A stretch of 64,000 bases of DNA from Nitrospinales bacterium (GCA_965223345.1 CBDCWG010000012.1:1760001-1824000); one strand, 5' to 3'; shown: positions 21,742-32,128, numbered from the stretch's first letter. Program-made: numbers and translations. Notes: generated from the letters alone by a model not told the origin.

Positions 21742-22900
21742 AGCCAACACGCTGTTGATGACGCTCGGCATCGTCATCGGCATCGCTTCCCTGACGATCA
21801 TCGTCGCCATCGGCGAAGGCACCAAGGCGAGGGTGCTCAACCGCATCGCCAATCTCGGGTTCGGCCCCGATTCGTTTTCCGTGTATGCGGGGGCAGGGCG
21901 GCTGTTCTTCGGCAAGGCCAAAGCGCCGACCAGCCTGACGCTCCAGGATGCGGACGACATCCGCGCGCTTGCCGACGTGCGGCTGGCGGTGCCGCGCCAG
22001 CGCATCCGCACGCGCGTCAACTACCGCAAGCAGTTCACCGACACGCGCGTCTACGGCGCGACGCCGGAATGGCAGATCGCCCGCAGCTGGGCGGTTTCCG
22101 ACGGCGTGTTTTTCACAGACAAGGACATGGCCGGCAAGCGGCGCGTGATCGTGCTGGGTGCGACGCCGGCGAGAAAGCTGTTTCCCGGTCAGGACCCGAT
22201 CGGCAAGATGATCCGCATCCAGGGCATCTTTTTCAGGGTCATCGGCCTGCTGGAGGAAAAGGGGCTCACCGAAAGCGGCTACGACCCGGACGACCGGGGC
22301 ATCGTGCCGCTCACAACGTCGATGTCGCGCCTGCTCAACCAGACCCACCTGCACAGCATCAAGGTCATGACGCTCGATCCCCAACTGGTTCCGCAGACGA
22401 TGGAAAACATCCGCGCCCTCCTGCGCGAGAACCACAACCTGTCGCCGCTGGCGGAGGACGATTTCCGTTTCGTCACGCCGCAGGGCATCATGGAATGGGT
22501 GACCGAATCGAAGCAGGCTCTCAACCGCATGCTGATCCTCATCTCCACCGTGTCGCTCTTGGTGGGCGGCATCGTCATCATGAACATCCTGTTGGTCTCG
22601 ATCCGCGAACGGGTGCGGGAGATCGGCATCCGCCGCTGTTTCGGCGCGCGGCGTTCGGACATCACGCAGCAGTTTCTGTTTGAATCGGTGTTCGTTTCCC
22701 TGCTAGGCGGCGTGCTGGGGATCGCCCTGGGGCTGGGCCTGTCGCTGGCGCTCAAGCGGTTCGACATCCTGCCGACCCAGATCACCTGGCAACCGTTCGC
22801 CCTGGCGTTCGCATTCTCGACCCTCATCGGGCTCGTCTTCGGCATCCAGCCGGCGCGCAAAGCCGCGCAACTGAGCCCCGAGGAAACCCTGCGCGGATGA
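21689..22900 (+). CDS. ABC permease (MacB/FtsX type)
   Basis: [18 protein letters not shown]...ERVREIGIR. Confidence 0.92.
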   Translation: MRLLRNLNQALRGLRFNKANTLLMTLGIVIGIASLTIIVAIGEGTKARVLNRIANLGFGPDSFSVYAGAGRLFFGKAKAPTSLTLQDADDIRALADVRLAVPRQRIRTRVNYRKQFTDTRVYGATPEWQIARSWAVSDGVFFTDKDMAGKRRVIVLGATPARKLFPGQDPIGKMIRIQGIFFRVIGLLEEKGLTESGYDPDDRGIVPLTTSMSRLLNQTHLHSIKVMTLDPQLVPQTMENIRALLRENHNLSPLAEDDFRFVTPQGIMEWVTESKQALNRMLILISTVSLLVGGIVIMNILLVSIRERVREIGIRRCFGARRSDITQQFLFESVFVSLLGGVLGIALGLGLSLALKRFDILPTQITWQPFALAFAFSTLIGLVFGIQPARKAAQLSPEETLRG

Positions 22901-23102
22901 AAACAAAGGCGAGTGGACAGGATGAACAGGGTAAATACGAAAAACACTCTCGCGCAAAGGCGCGAAGAAAAACGAAAGCATGGGACAGGATAACAAGATA
23001 AAAAAAGAGATCACCGCAAAGACGCAAAGAGCGCAAAGCCCCCCTCAGGGGGGAGAGGAAAAAACCAACGATCTGTCACCCTGAGCTTGTCGAAGGGTGA
23101 CA
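22901..23102 (+). repeat. Modular intergenic repeat block 1
   Basis: GGACAGGAT-type unit x2, CGCAAAG arrays, hairpin TGTCACCCTGAGCTTGTCGAAGGGTGACA (23074-23102). Confidence 0.8.
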
Positions 23103-23135
23103 CACAAATTTTCTGCAGCGAGTTTTTATAAATCA

Positions 23136-24356
23136 ATGAAACTCACCACCTCCATCGAAATCGCGGTGATGGCGCTCAAGGTGCAGAAGAGCCGCACGTT
23201 TCTGGCTTCGCTGGGCGTGATGATCGGCATCGCGTCGGTGATCGTCATGGTGGCCATCGGCAAGGGCTCGCAGCAGGAAGTGATGCAGGTGATCGCGCGC
23301 ATGGGGGAAAACCTCATCACCGTCAACGCCGGAGAGATGAAGCGGCGCGGCGGCCGGCTGCGGCTGACGGGCAACGTGACCACGCTGACTCTGAAGGATG
23401 TGGCGGCGATCCGCAGCGAGGTGAACGGTGTGACGAAAGCCGCACCGTTTCAGTCCCAGCAGATGCCGGTGAAATTCGGCAACCTCGCCTCGGAAACGCT
23501 GGTGTCCGGCTCCACGCCGGATTTCCTCGACATCCGCAATTACCGCATCGCGCGCGGCGAGGCGTTCACGGAGGAGGACTCGCGGCTCACCCGCCGGGTG
23601 GCCATCCTCGGGGAGACCACGGTCAAAAACATCTTCGGCGAAGAAGACCCGCTGGGGCAGACGGTGAGGATCCACTTCATTCCCTTCACCGTCGTCGGCG
23701 TGTTTGAGCCGAAGGGGCTCGACACCAACGGCACCGACCAGGACGACATCCTGCTCATCCCGATCCGCACCATGATGCGGCGCATCCTCAACCAGACGCA
23801 CATCGACACGCTGTACGTGCAAGCGGAATCGCGCCAGGCGATGGGTAAGGCCATCGCGGGCATCCGCGAGGTGCTTAGAAGGCAACACCGGCTGGTGGGC
23901 GACAGGGAGGACGATTTCACCATCGTCAGCCAGCTTGAGATGGAAGAACTGAAACGGGAGACCACCGAGCTGTTCACGCGGCTGATCGTCGGGGTGGCGG
24001 CGATTTCACTGGTGGTCGGCGGCATCGGGATCCTTGCGGTCATGCTGATCTCGGTGAAAGAGCGCACGCGGGAAATCGGCATCCGCCGTGCGGTGGGGGC
24101 GACGCGCGGCAATATCGTGCGGCAGTTTCTGTTGGAATCGGTGGCGATCGCGGTTCTGGGGGGCGGCGTCGGGGTGCTGTCGGGGGTCGGCATCACGCTG
24201 GGGCTCAGCCACTGGGGGCCCTGGAACCTGGTGCTGGATACGTTCTGGATGCTGCTGGCGTTCGGGATCTGCGTGCTGATCGGCATGCTGTTCGGCATCG
24301 CGCCGGCGATCAAGGCGTCGCGGCTCGACCCGATGCAGGCCCTCACCGTCGAATGA
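23136..24356 (+). CDS. ABC permease (MacB/FtsX type), second copy
   Basis: LGVMIGIAS, VGGIGI...ERTREIGIRRAVGA, SRLDP. Confidence 0.92.
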   Translation: MKLTTSIEIAVMALKVQKSRTFLASLGVMIGIASVIVMVAIGKGSQQEVMQVIARMGENLITVNAGEMKRRGGRLRLTGNVTTLTLKDVAAIRSEVNGVTKAAPFQSQQMPVKFGNLASETLVSGSTPDFLDIRNYRIARGEAFTEEDSRLTRRVAILGETTVKNIFGEEDPLGQTVRIHFIPFTVVGVFEPKGLDTNGTDQDDILLIPIRTMMRRILNQTHIDTLYVQAESRQAMGKAIAGIREVLRRQHRLVGDREDDFTIVSQLEMEELKRETTELFTRLIVGVAAISLVVGGIGILAVMLISVKERTREIGIRRAVGATRGNIVRQFLLESVAIAVLGGGVGVLSGVGITLGLSHWGPWNLVLDTFWMLLAFGICVLIGMLFGIAPAIKASRLDPMQALTVE

Positions 24357-24384
24357 TTTGTTGACCCCGCCGGTTGCATGCAGG

Positions 24385-24421
24385 AAAAAAAAGCCCTTCC
24401 CCCAGAGGGGGAAGGGCTGTT
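24385..24421. terminator. Intrinsic terminator between convergent genes
   Basis: A-tract + AGCCCTTCCCCC-AGA-GGGGGAAGGGCT. Confidence 0.8.
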
Positions 24422-24443
24422 GCGCTCGTTTTGATTTTTTAAC

Positions 24444-24920
24444 TTAGAATCCCAAACCGCCGTGGTTGGCGGCCACCATACAGACCAGCATGGGCAGCGA
24501 CAGCCAGGCGTTGGTGCGGCTGGCGAGAAACGCATGACGCTTTGCTTTCGCCAACGCATCGCCTTCCAGTTCGCCGGCGATGATCTTTTTCTGGTTGGGC
24601 CAGATGATGAACCAGACGTTGGCGGCCATGATGAGTCCCAACAGCATGCCCACCATGATGATGCCGCTGGGGATGCCTTCCACCACGCCGCGGCCCGCGA
24701 TGTAGTAAGCGATGCCGGTGATCACCGTCCACAATGCCGCATGCCGGAACAGAAACAGCGCCCTCGGAAGAATGATTTGGGTGTAGGGTTTGGCCGCGCC
24801 CGCTTCGGTCATTTTGGGCATGGACTGAACCTGAACCAGATTGAAGAAATACAGCAGACCGATCCATAAAATCCCGAACAGTACGTGAAGAAATTCGTAT
24901 ACCCACATAGTGTTTCCCAT
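24444..24920 (-). CDS. Membrane protein with PuuD/Urate_ox_N-like domain
   Basis: HVLFGILWIGLLYFFN, IMAANVWFIIWPNQKK, SRTNAWLSLPM. Confidence 0.75.
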   Translation of the reverse strand: MGNTMWVYEFLHVLFGILWIGLLYFFNLVQVQSMPKMTEAGAAKPYTQIILPRALFLFRHAALWTVITGIAYYIAGRGVVEGIPSGIIMVGMLLGLIMAANVWFIIWPNQKKIIAGELEGDALAKAKRHAFLASRTNAWLSLPMLVCMVAANHGGLGF

Positions 24921-25152
24921 GCCTTTCTAAAAAATGGTTAATTTTCGTTTCCGATCCGCGAATACGTTGTCGATGGGGGAAGCTATCAATCAATCGTTTC
25001 AGGCAATCTGGATAAAAATTGGATGACGCAAACCAATCAAGGATTCAGCAATTATTAAATTTTTTTCATTTTACTGCACATTCGCCCGGAAGGCCAATTT
25101 TTTGAACCGCTTCAAAAAACGCGGGCGTGCTTGCCGCGCGCCGCCGGACTGA

Positions 25153-25494
25153 TTACTTCAAGAGGAGAAAATACAACAAGACGCTGAGCGTGGCGATGTT
25201 CAAAACCAGGAGAAACAGCGTCCATCCGAACGCTGTCGGGCGCGGCGCAGCCTGCGGGGTCGGGGGGGTGCCGACCTGCTGCGGTTTCAGAGCGGCGATG
25301 GTTTCTTCCAGGGCCTCGTTTTTTCGGGTGAGTGCGGCGTTTTGCGCCGCAAGCGTTTCGATTTTGTCCTTGAGCTTAAGCCGTTCCACCTTGAGCCGTT
25401 TCGACTTTTCGATTTCCCGCTTGAGCGCTTCTTCGGGGCCCAGGGTGACGCCGTCGTCATCCATCGGATCGTTCCATGTGTCTTCCGGTTCCAT
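25153..25494 (-). CDS. Hypothetical coiled-coil protein with C-terminal TM anchor
   Basis: Heptad-rich core and hydrophobic tail. Confidence 0.65.
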   Translation of the reverse strand: MEPEDTWNDPMDDDGVTLGPEEALKREIEKSKRLKVERLKLKDKIETLAAQNAALTRKNEALEETIAALKPQQVGTPPTPQAAPRPTAFGWTLFLLVLNIATLSVLLYFLLLK

Positions 25495-25589
25495 GCCCGC
25501 ATGATAGGTCTTTTGCCGCGGCTGCGAAAGCGAAAAGCGGGGTGAGCCGGAGGTCGTAGAAATGTGCGCGTTCGGGCGTGTGGGGGGAA

Positions 25590-26531
25590 TCAGGCCAGGA
25601 CTTTCTGGAAGCGGTCGCTGGCTTCCTGCAGCCTGTCGAGATGCTGATGCGACAGAACCAGCTCGCCTGCAGGAGCGAAATCCTCGACCTGCTCGGCTTT
25701 GCGCGATCCGACGATGGCGGTGAGGATGTTCTCCTGCGCCAGCACCCAGGCCAGCGCCACCTCGATGGGATTGCGGCTCAACTCGGAGGCGATTTCGCGC
25801 ACCGTTTCATAGACTTCGAGCGCCGGGGCGTGCAGCGGTTCGTTGTAATACTTGTTGTGCCTGCGCGCCGGAAAATCGAGGGCCTCGCGGCTCAGGCGTC
25901 CGGCCAAAAGACCCTGGGCGGTGGGGGAAAACGCCATGTAACCCACACCCGCCTTTTGGCAGAGGGCGCGGGTTTCGCCTTCGTATCTGCGTTCCAGCAG
26001 GCTGTACGGCACCTGATTGACCGAATAGGTTTCGATCCCGTCTCCCAGCAGTTTGAGGTCTTCCGCGTGGAAGTTGGAGAGCCCGACGGTTTTGGCCTTG
26101 CCGATCTCTTTAAGCCTTTGCATGCATTCGGTGAGGCGGGCGCTTTTTTCGGCGGTGGCGAAGTAGTTGCCCGGCCAGTGGATGAGGTAGACGTCCACGT
26201 AGTCGCGCCCGAGCGCGCGCAGCGTGTCGTCCATGTGTTTTTCGTAGCTTTCCGGCGAGAGGGCGGCGTCGGGCCAGATTTTGGAGATGATGATGACGTC
26301 GTCTTTTTTGCGTCCCAGCGCCTTGCCGAGCCGGCGTTCCGACTCCCCGTCGCCGTAGCCCTCGGCGGTGTCGAAAGCGGTGATGCCGCAGTCGAGGGCG
26401 GCTTTCACGACGGCGTCCGCTTCGGCCGGCGAGCAGACGTCTCCCCAGCCTTCGCTCGGGGCGATCTGCCAGCAGCCGAAGGTGAGCGCGCTCCAGGGTT
26501 TGTCCACGCCGGGACAGGTTTTGTGCTGCAT
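25590..26531 (-). CDS. Aldo/keto reductase
   Basis: FDTAEGYGDGESE, YLIHWP, GLSNF. Confidence 0.93.
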   Translation of the reverse strand: MQHKTCPGVDKPWSALTFGCWQIAPSEGWGDVCSPAEADAVVKAALDCGITAFDTAEGYGDGESERRLGKALGRKKDDVIIISKIWPDAALSPESYEKHMDDTLRALGRDYVDVYLIHWPGNYFATAEKSARLTECMQRLKEIGKAKTVGLSNFHAEDLKLLGDGIETYSVNQVPYSLLERRYEGETRALCQKAGVGYMAFSPTAQGLLAGRLSREALDFPARRHNKYYNEPLHAPALEVYETVREIASELSRNPIEVALAWVLAQENILTAIVGSRKAEQVEDFAPAGELVLSHQHLDRLQEASDRFQKVLA

Positions 26532-26532
26532 G

Positions 26533-26850
26533 CTACCTCATGATGAAGGTGATGCGTCTGCGGTGAACCCTGCCCGGTGCGTCCCGCTGAAACGGAGTGT
26601 CGTCCGAGGCGTCTTCCCATTCAATGGGACGGGCCTGGTCTTTGAGCTTCCAGATGCGGTAACTCATCACGAGGGCGGAAACCCCTGCGAAAAGAATGAA
26701 AAACGCGATGATGAACGCGATCAGCGTCGGGAATGCGAATATCAGCACGGCCAGGGTCGTCAAAAAGGCGCCGATTAGAAACACGCCTTTTCTCAAGGAC
26801 TTATAACCCTGATCGATGATGTCGTCGGAATAACCCCAGTTCTGGTTCAT
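26533..26850 (-). CDS. Hypothetical membrane protein (2 TM)
   Basis: AAAGGAG RBS before ATG 26850; two hydrophobic helices. Confidence 0.7.
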   Translation of the reverse strand: MNQNWGYSDDIIDQGYKSLRKGVFLIGAFLTTLAVLIFAFPTLIAFIIAFFILFAGVSALVMSYRIWKLKDQARPIEWEDASDDTPFQRDAPGRVHRRRITFIMR

Positions 26851-26913
26851 AACGGCTCCTTTCTGAAATGCGATGGGCCTTCCGCTAATATATGGGATCG
26901 GGATCGGCATTTG

Positions 26914-27525
26914 TCAAGCCTTGCGGCGCGGCGACCGCTTGCGCATCAGGGCGGGGATTTTCCTGAAATCGCGTTTTTGCAGGGGCAGGGGACGCCGCCA
27001 GTTGGTGACGCGCGGGCTGGGGTGAAACAGCGGCAGCCAGGTGAAAGAGCCGGTCTCCACCGGTTTGCAGACCGCTTGGGAAAAATCCAGTTTGGTGCTC
27101 AAAAGCCGGTTGAGGCTCTGAAATCCCACGCGTCCGAGCGAGACCACCACCCCGGGTTCGAGGATCTCCAGCACCGCCGTCAAAAACGGCGCGCAGTTTT
27201 TCAGCTCGCTCGCGGTCGGCGGGCGGTTGCTGCCGTTATTGAGCGGGTTGCACAGGGCGGCGTTGGTGATGAACACGTCGCGGCGGGTGAGGCCGGCGTG
27301 TGCGAGCAGCGTCTCGAAGTTTTCCCCGGATTTGTCGCCGGAAAACGGGATGCCGGTGCGGCCGGCGCCCAGGCGTCCCGGCGCTTCGGCGACAAAAACG
27401 ATCCTGGCGTCGAGCGGGCCGTTCTGCGCGCCCAGCACCGCAGGCTGATCCGCCATGCGCGGGCAAAGGCGGCAGGCGGCGGCCTTGGCCGTCAAGACGT
27501 CGAATCGCTGTTGGCGTGGGGACAT
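26914..27525 (-). CDS. Uracil-DNA glycosylase (family 4/5-like, Fe-S)
   Basis: CRLC, AEAPG, GIPFSG, TNAALC, NRPP, FHPSP. Confidence 0.9.
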   Translation of the reverse strand: MSPRQQRFDVLTAKAAACRLCPRMADQPAVLGAQNGPLDARIVFVAEAPGRLGAGRTGIPFSGDKSGENFETLLAHAGLTRRDVFITNAALCNPLNNGSNRPPTASELKNCAPFLTAVLEILEPGVVVSLGRVGFQSLNRLLSTKLDFSQAVCKPVETGSFTWLPLFHPSPRVTNWRRPLPLQKRDFRKIPALMRKRSPRRKA

Positions 27526-27532
27526 GAGCCGG

Positions 27533-27649
27533 TCAGGAGGGATCTTTCGGGCTTTCATCCTCTTCCTCGTCATCGTCGCTGGCGCGGCAGATGACGAAAA
27601 AGCCGATGATGAGCAACACGCTTGCGATCAGAGTGAGAAAGATGTCCAT
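27533..27649 (-). CDS. Small single-TM protein (38 aa), not in the ORF track
   Basis: MDIFLTLIASVLLIIGFFVICRASDDDEEEDESPKDPS fills the gap between co-oriented genes. Confidence 0.6.
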   Translation of the reverse strand: MDIFLTLIASVLLIIGFFVICRASDDDEEEDESPKDPS

Positions 27650-27691
27650 GGAAATTCACCCGTCAACCGGCGGCGGAGCGTTCAGGCCGGC

Positions 27692-28099
27692 TCAAAACGG
27701 TTTGATGGTCGCCAGATAAATCATGCACGCGCCGACGATGAAAATGGCGATGTGCACCATCATCGCATATTTTTTCGGCAGCGCGTCTTTCGGGATCTGC
27801 ATGCCGTTGAGAAAACCCAGCCCGATCAGCAGCAGCAACAGCACCATCTTCACTTTGATCCAGTCGAACTCCTTGAAGACGCCGGTGGTTTTCGCCAGAT
27901 AGATGCCGGAAAAGATGGTGACGGCGAGGATGGGGTAATAGATGAATTTGTGGATGCGGGCCTGGGTTTTTTTCAACCCCGCCACCTCGCCGTCGTTTTT
28001 CAGGCGCAGCCGGAACACGACGGTGAGCGATTGCAGGAACAGGGTGCCGATCACCAGACACATGGAAATCATGTGCAGTGTGAGAAAAAAGTTTTTCAT
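27692..28099 (-). CDS. Hypothetical membrane protein (DUF2269/CopD-like, 4 TM)
   Basis: Early TM His, SGIYL, WIKVK, terminal KPF. Confidence 0.65.
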   Translation of the reverse strand: MKNFFLTLHMISMCLVIGTLFLQSLTVVFRLRLKNDGEVAGLKKTQARIHKFIYYPILAVTIFSGIYLAKTTGVFKEFDWIKVKMVLLLLLIGLGFLNGMQIPKDALPKKYAMMVHIAIFIVGACMIYLATIKPF

Positions 28100-28124
28100 G
28101 GTCTTTGCGTGCGGTGTCTCCGGT

Positions 28125-28568
28125 TCATGGGGTGTCCTCAATCGCCTCGGCGTCGCGGTTCCAGTAGATGCGGCTGCTGATGATCAGCGCCGCGCCCACG
28201 GCGCAATAGATGCCCGCCACAACGAGATAGCCGCCGAGGTATTCGTTCCAGGTGCGCAGCAGGATGCCCAGGGCGATCATGCCGGCGATGAGTCCGTAAT
28301 AGGGCATGGAAAAGATGTGGTGCAGCCGGATGGGCGCGGGCAGGCCCTGGATCCGGGTCTTGTTGCGGCGCGCCGATTTGGACAGGACGAAGTGCCCCTT
28401 CGCCAGCCCGACGATGAGCCCGACCGCCAGGGACAGGACGACGGCGTTCTGGGTGGCGTTCTGCTGATCGACGGCGATCTGGTACATGAGCGCGCCGCGA
28501 AACAGCAGAAACGCGCCGATGAGGACCCACAGGCCGCCGGCGATGAGAATGAGGTTGTTTTTATTCAA
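28125..28568 (-). CDS. Hypothetical membrane protein
   Basis: Four hydrophobic segments; co-oriented with neighbours. Confidence 0.7.
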   Translation of the reverse strand: MNKNNLILIAGGLWVLIGAFLLFRGALMYQIAVDQQNATQNAVVLSLAVGLIVGLAKGHFVLSKSARRNKTRIQGLPAPIRLHHIFSMPYYGLIAGMIALGILLRTWNEYLGGYLVVAGIYCAVGAALIISSRIYWNRDAEAIEDTP

Positions 28569-28663
28569 GGGTTTGCCCGTCCGGATCGGATTTTGTGTTG
28601 TTTTTTGGATGTCGCGGATGCCTAAAAGATTTAAAAAACATACGTTTCACCTCGCCGCGCCGC

Positions 28664-29092
28664 TCAACGGCCGCCGCCGCGCACCGGACGGATGGCCATC
28701 CTGCCGCTTTTGCTTTTATACAGGGGGCGGAATTCTCCGTCGCGAAAATCGAAGATGAACCCTTCGTTGCCGGTGAAATCCTCGTGAATCCACACCGTCG
28801 GCAGCGGGCCGGGGGGAAACACCGGATCGAGGTGGATGTCCTTGCCGTATTTGTCCTGGTTTTTCGTGGCGCGGTCGAACAGGGTCTGCACTTCCTGCCG
28901 GGTGGGCAGGCGCCAGTCGTTGTGGCCGCAGAATTTGATGTTGCACAGATGGCGCGCGTGCTGCACCGCTTCGTCCCAGGTGACCCACACTTTTTCGCGC
29001 TGCCAGGAATCTTCTTTCGTCCAGGTCAGCCCCGTGGTGGGGTCGAATATGGAGCCGTCGTTGTTGTCCTCGAATCGGGAATCGCCGCTCAT
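28664..29092 (-). CDS. DUF1566 (Lcl C-terminal-like) protein
   Basis: RFEDNNDGSIFDPTTGLTW, DWRLPT. Confidence 0.85.
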   Translation of the reverse strand: MSGDSRFEDNNDGSIFDPTTGLTWTKEDSWQREKVWVTWDEAVQHARHLCNIKFCGHNDWRLPTRQEVQTLFDRATKNQDKYGKDIHLDPVFPPGPLPTVWIHEDFTGNEGFIFDFRDGEFRPLYKSKSGRMAIRPVRGGGR

Positions 29093-29102
29093 TTTGAAAG
29101 TC

Positions 29103-30215
29103 TCATGCGGGTTGTGCGTCGGGCGCCACGCTGTCCAGAGGGATTTTTTCCAGCCGCTCTTTCAGGCTGTCCAGGTTGAACCGGGGCGGGTTCTTAAGTG
29201 CGTGGATATCGAGGCGGTTTTCGAAGGAACGGGTCAAAAGCCCGTTGGAGAACACCAGAAACGGCGTGGTCCAGAGGATCCGCTTCACGGTGGCGCGGGA
29301 GATCTTGACCGCCGCCCGGGACGAAAGCAGCACGGGATTGTTGTGCAGGACGGCGACGGTTTCCACGGCCATCCACAGGGGCCAGATGCAGAACAGCCGG
29401 ATCGAGGGATGCGTGCGCGGAATCGCCAGCGTGAAAGCCAGCGCGTCGCGCAGGTGGCCGGAGGTTTTGCGCAGCAGCGCTTCCAGGATCTGCAGGTTTT
29501 TCTCCTCGGACAGGCCGGCATGAAACTCTTCCACCGTGAGGCCCTGCTCGCGGATGAGCCCTTCGGGGATGTAGGACCAGCCGCGTTCCCGGTCCACCAC
29601 CACGTCCTTGGAGATATTGGTCATCTGCAGGCCGAGCCCGAACGAGACGGCGTTGCGGCGCATCGTCGCTGCGGCGGCTTCGGAAATGCCGGGCATCTCC
29701 AGCAGAAACAGGTTGCAGAGCATCTCGCCGACCGCGCCCGCCACGAAGTAGCAGTATTCCTCCAGCTCCTCTTCGCTTTTCAGGGGGACGAGGCTGCCGT
29801 GGTGGAAGCGCTTCTGAAAATAGGCCATGCCCACCGCCATCTGCGAAACCGACTGGACGATCGCGTCCTGATGGTTTTGCGGCAGCGAATCGAACACGCG
29901 GAACACCCGCTGGTTTTCGGCGATCAGATCCAGATCCTGCGGGCTGCCGTCCACCTGGCGGCAGTCGGCGATCCATCGTTCGAGCGTTTTTTCCCGGTGG
30001 GCGCGGTTCTGGATGAGGCGGGCAAACTCCAGCAGCAGCTGGATTTTGAGCTTGGGGTCGAGTTTGCCCGCGTCCTCGACGGTGTCGATGGTGCGGCAGA
30101 AAAGATAGGCGATCAGGACGCTGCGGTGCAGCTCCCCACGCAGGACGGCGATGTTCAGCGCGAACGTCCGGCTGACTTTGGGGAGGGTGTTCAGACAGTA
30201 TTTCCAGTCATCCAT
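29103..30215 (-). CDS. Squalene/phytoene synthase family (squalene synthase-like)
   Basis: VSRTF, CRTIDTVED, YCYFVAGAVG, LQMTNISKD. Confidence 0.9.
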   Translation of the reverse strand: MDDWKYCLNTLPKVSRTFALNIAVLRGELHRSVLIAYLFCRTIDTVEDAGKLDPKLKIQLLLEFARLIQNRAHREKTLERWIADCRQVDGSPQDLDLIAENQRVFRVFDSLPQNHQDAIVQSVSQMAVGMAYFQKRFHHGSLVPLKSEEELEEYCYFVAGAVGEMLCNLFLLEMPGISEAAAATMRRNAVSFGLGLQMTNISKDVVVDRERGWSYIPEGLIREQGLTVEEFHAGLSEEKNLQILEALLRKTSGHLRDALAFTLAIPRTHPSIRLFCIWPLWMAVETVAVLHNNPVLLSSRAAVKISRATVKRILWTTPFLVFSNGLLTRSFENRLDIHALKNPPRFNLDSLKERLEKIPLDSVAPDAQPA

Positions 30216-30374
30216 AGTGTTTCCCGATCGGAAAACGAACGCAGCGGGGCCGGCCGTTTGCGCCGGGGCGATCCCAAAGCGTTCAACTGTAAGGCGATCC
30301 CGTTATCTTAACACGTCACAAAAAGGAGGGAATCAAAAGTTTCGGCCGAGGGGACAGCCGGGGGCGGTCACCGG

Positions 30375-31274
30375 TCAGAGAGAGGTCCCGGTCGGCACGG
30401 ATTCGGATTTCTGCCGCTTCATCTCCTGGGCGATTTTCAGGATCTCGTCGTGCACTTCGTTGATCACGTTCTCCGGCGTGCTGGTGCCCGCGGTGATGCC
30501 GACGTGCTGCTTGTTTTGAAACCAGCTGCGGTTCAGCTGGGACGAGGATTCGATGTGATGCGATTCGATCTTCTTGGCGTCGCAGACCTGAACCAGTTTC
30601 TTGGTGTTCGAGGAGTTGTAGCCGCCGATCACGATCATGAGATCCACCTGGTCGGCCAGCTCCCAGACGGCGACCTGCCGGTCGCGGGTGGGCTGGCAGA
30701 TGGTGTTGACGAAGGAGACGTCGTCCACGCAGTCCATCTCGGTGATCTTTTTCACCAGCGCCTCGACTTTGTCAACCTGCTGGGTGGTCTGGCTGACGAT
30801 TCCCAGTTTGCGTTTGCCGCGGTCGCGGATCTTCACCAGGTCCTCTTCGTTGTTGACGACGAGGTAATCCTCCAGGTCGCCGACGATGCCTTTGACCTCG
30901 ACGTGGTCTTTCTGGCCGATGACGACGGGAAAATAGTTTTTCTTCACCAGGGACTTGATGGTCTTGTGCACCCGCATGACGAGCGGGCAGCTGGCGTCGT
31001 AGACGATGAAACCCGCCTGCAACAGCTTGCGCTTGGTTTTGTCGGCGGCGCCGTGGGCGGTGATCATCACTTTTTTGGTGGTGATCTTGTCGATGTCCTC
31101 GATGCCGGCCACCAGGGAGACCCCGTTTTGCTTCAGGGATTCGTTGACCTGCGGGTTGTGCACCAGTTGACCGATGATGGTGAGATCCGAGCGGAATTCG
31201 GGGGCCATGGCCAGATTGATGGCGTCCTGGACTCCGAAGCAGGTACCGAGAGCACTCGCGAGGGATACTTTCAT
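30375..31274 (-). CDS. ispH: 4-hydroxy-3-methylbut-2-enyl diphosphate reductase
   Basis: CFGV, VHNP, AHG, DASCP, SQTT, TICQPT, NSSNT, TAGTSTP. Confidence 0.96.
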   Translation of the reverse strand: MKVSLASALGTCFGVQDAINLAMAPEFRSDLTIIGQLVHNPQVNESLKQNGVSLVAGIEDIDKITTKKVMITAHGAADKTKRKLLQAGFIVYDASCPLVMRVHKTIKSLVKKNYFPVVIGQKDHVEVKGIVGDLEDYLVVNNEEDLVKIRDRGKRKLGIVSQTTQQVDKVEALVKKITEMDCVDDVSFVNTICQPTRDRQVAVWELADQVDLMIVIGGYNSSNTKKLVQVCDAKKIESHHIESSSQLNRSWFQNKQHVGITAGTSTPENVINEVHDEILKIAQEMKRQKSESVPTGTSL

Positions 31275-31378
31275 TGTGGTTTCCTTTTCGATGGAATGGG
31301 CCCTTTCCTGCTGTTGCGACGGTTTGCGATGCAAACTTTAATCATAACAAAACCTCCGCATCTTTGAAAGCCCGGGGC

Positions 31379-32128
31379 TCATTTTAACAGCAGGTTTTTG
31401 AGAAGCTGCCAGGAGGTCTGGCGGCCGATATCGGCGATCGATTCGGTCAGGGGGATGTTTTTCGGGCACACCTCCACGCACACCTGGGCGTTGCCGCAGT
31501 CGGCGATCCCGCCTTCCCCCATGAGGGTTTCGAGCCTTTCCTCCTGGTTCATGGCTCCCGTGGGGTGCAGGTTGAACAGGCGCACCTGGCTGATCGTCGC
31601 CGCACCCACGAAGTTGTTGTCCTTGGTGAACTGCGGGCAGGCCTCCAGGCAGCAGCCGCAGGTCATGCATTCGGAAAGCACGTAGCGTTTGGCGCGGATC
31701 TGGTCGGAGATGATGGGGCCCTCGCCGATGTCGTGGGTGCCGTCGATGTCGATCCAGGCTTTCACCTTTTTCAGGTTCTTGAACATGCGCGTGCGGTCCA
31801 CCTGCAGGTCGCGCACCACCGGAAATTTGGTCATCGGTTCCAGCTGGATCGGCTGTTCCAGCTGATCGACGAGGGCGGTGCAGGACTGCCGCACCTTGCC
31901 GTTCACCAGCATGGTGCAGGAGCCGCAGACCTCCTCCAGGCAGTTGGAATCCCAGGTGACCGGGTTCACGGTTTTGCCGTCTGCCGTGACGGGGTTTTTC
32001 TGGATGCTCTGCAGGCAGGAGATCACGTTGCCGAAGGGTTTGTGCGGAACGGTGAACTCCTGCCAGTAGCTGGCGGAGTCGGGTTTGTCCTGACGCCGGA
32101 TTTTAAGCGTGACGGTTTTGGGTTCCAT
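31379..32128 (-). CDS. sdhB: Succinate dehydrogenase/fumarate reductase Fe-S subunit
   Basis: CLEEVCGSC, CMTCGCCLEACP, CGNAQVCVEVCPK. Confidence 0.96.
   Translation of the reverse strand: MEPKTVTLKIRRQDKPDSASYWQEFTVPHKPFGNVISCLQSIQKNPVTADGKTVNPVTWDSNCLEEVCGSCTMLVNGKVRQSCTALVDQLEQPIQLEPMTKFPVVRDLQVDRTRMFKNLKKVKAWIDIDGTHDIGEGPIISDQIRAKRYVLSECMTCGCCLEACPQFTKDNNFVGAATISQVRLFNLHPTGAMNQEERLETLMGEGGIADCGNAQVCVEVCPKNIPLTESIADIGRQTSWQLLKNLLLK

Noticed and set aside
22901..23102. Possible CRISPR array in the repeat blocks
   Set aside because: Units are short, degenerate and irregularly spaced; no cas genes
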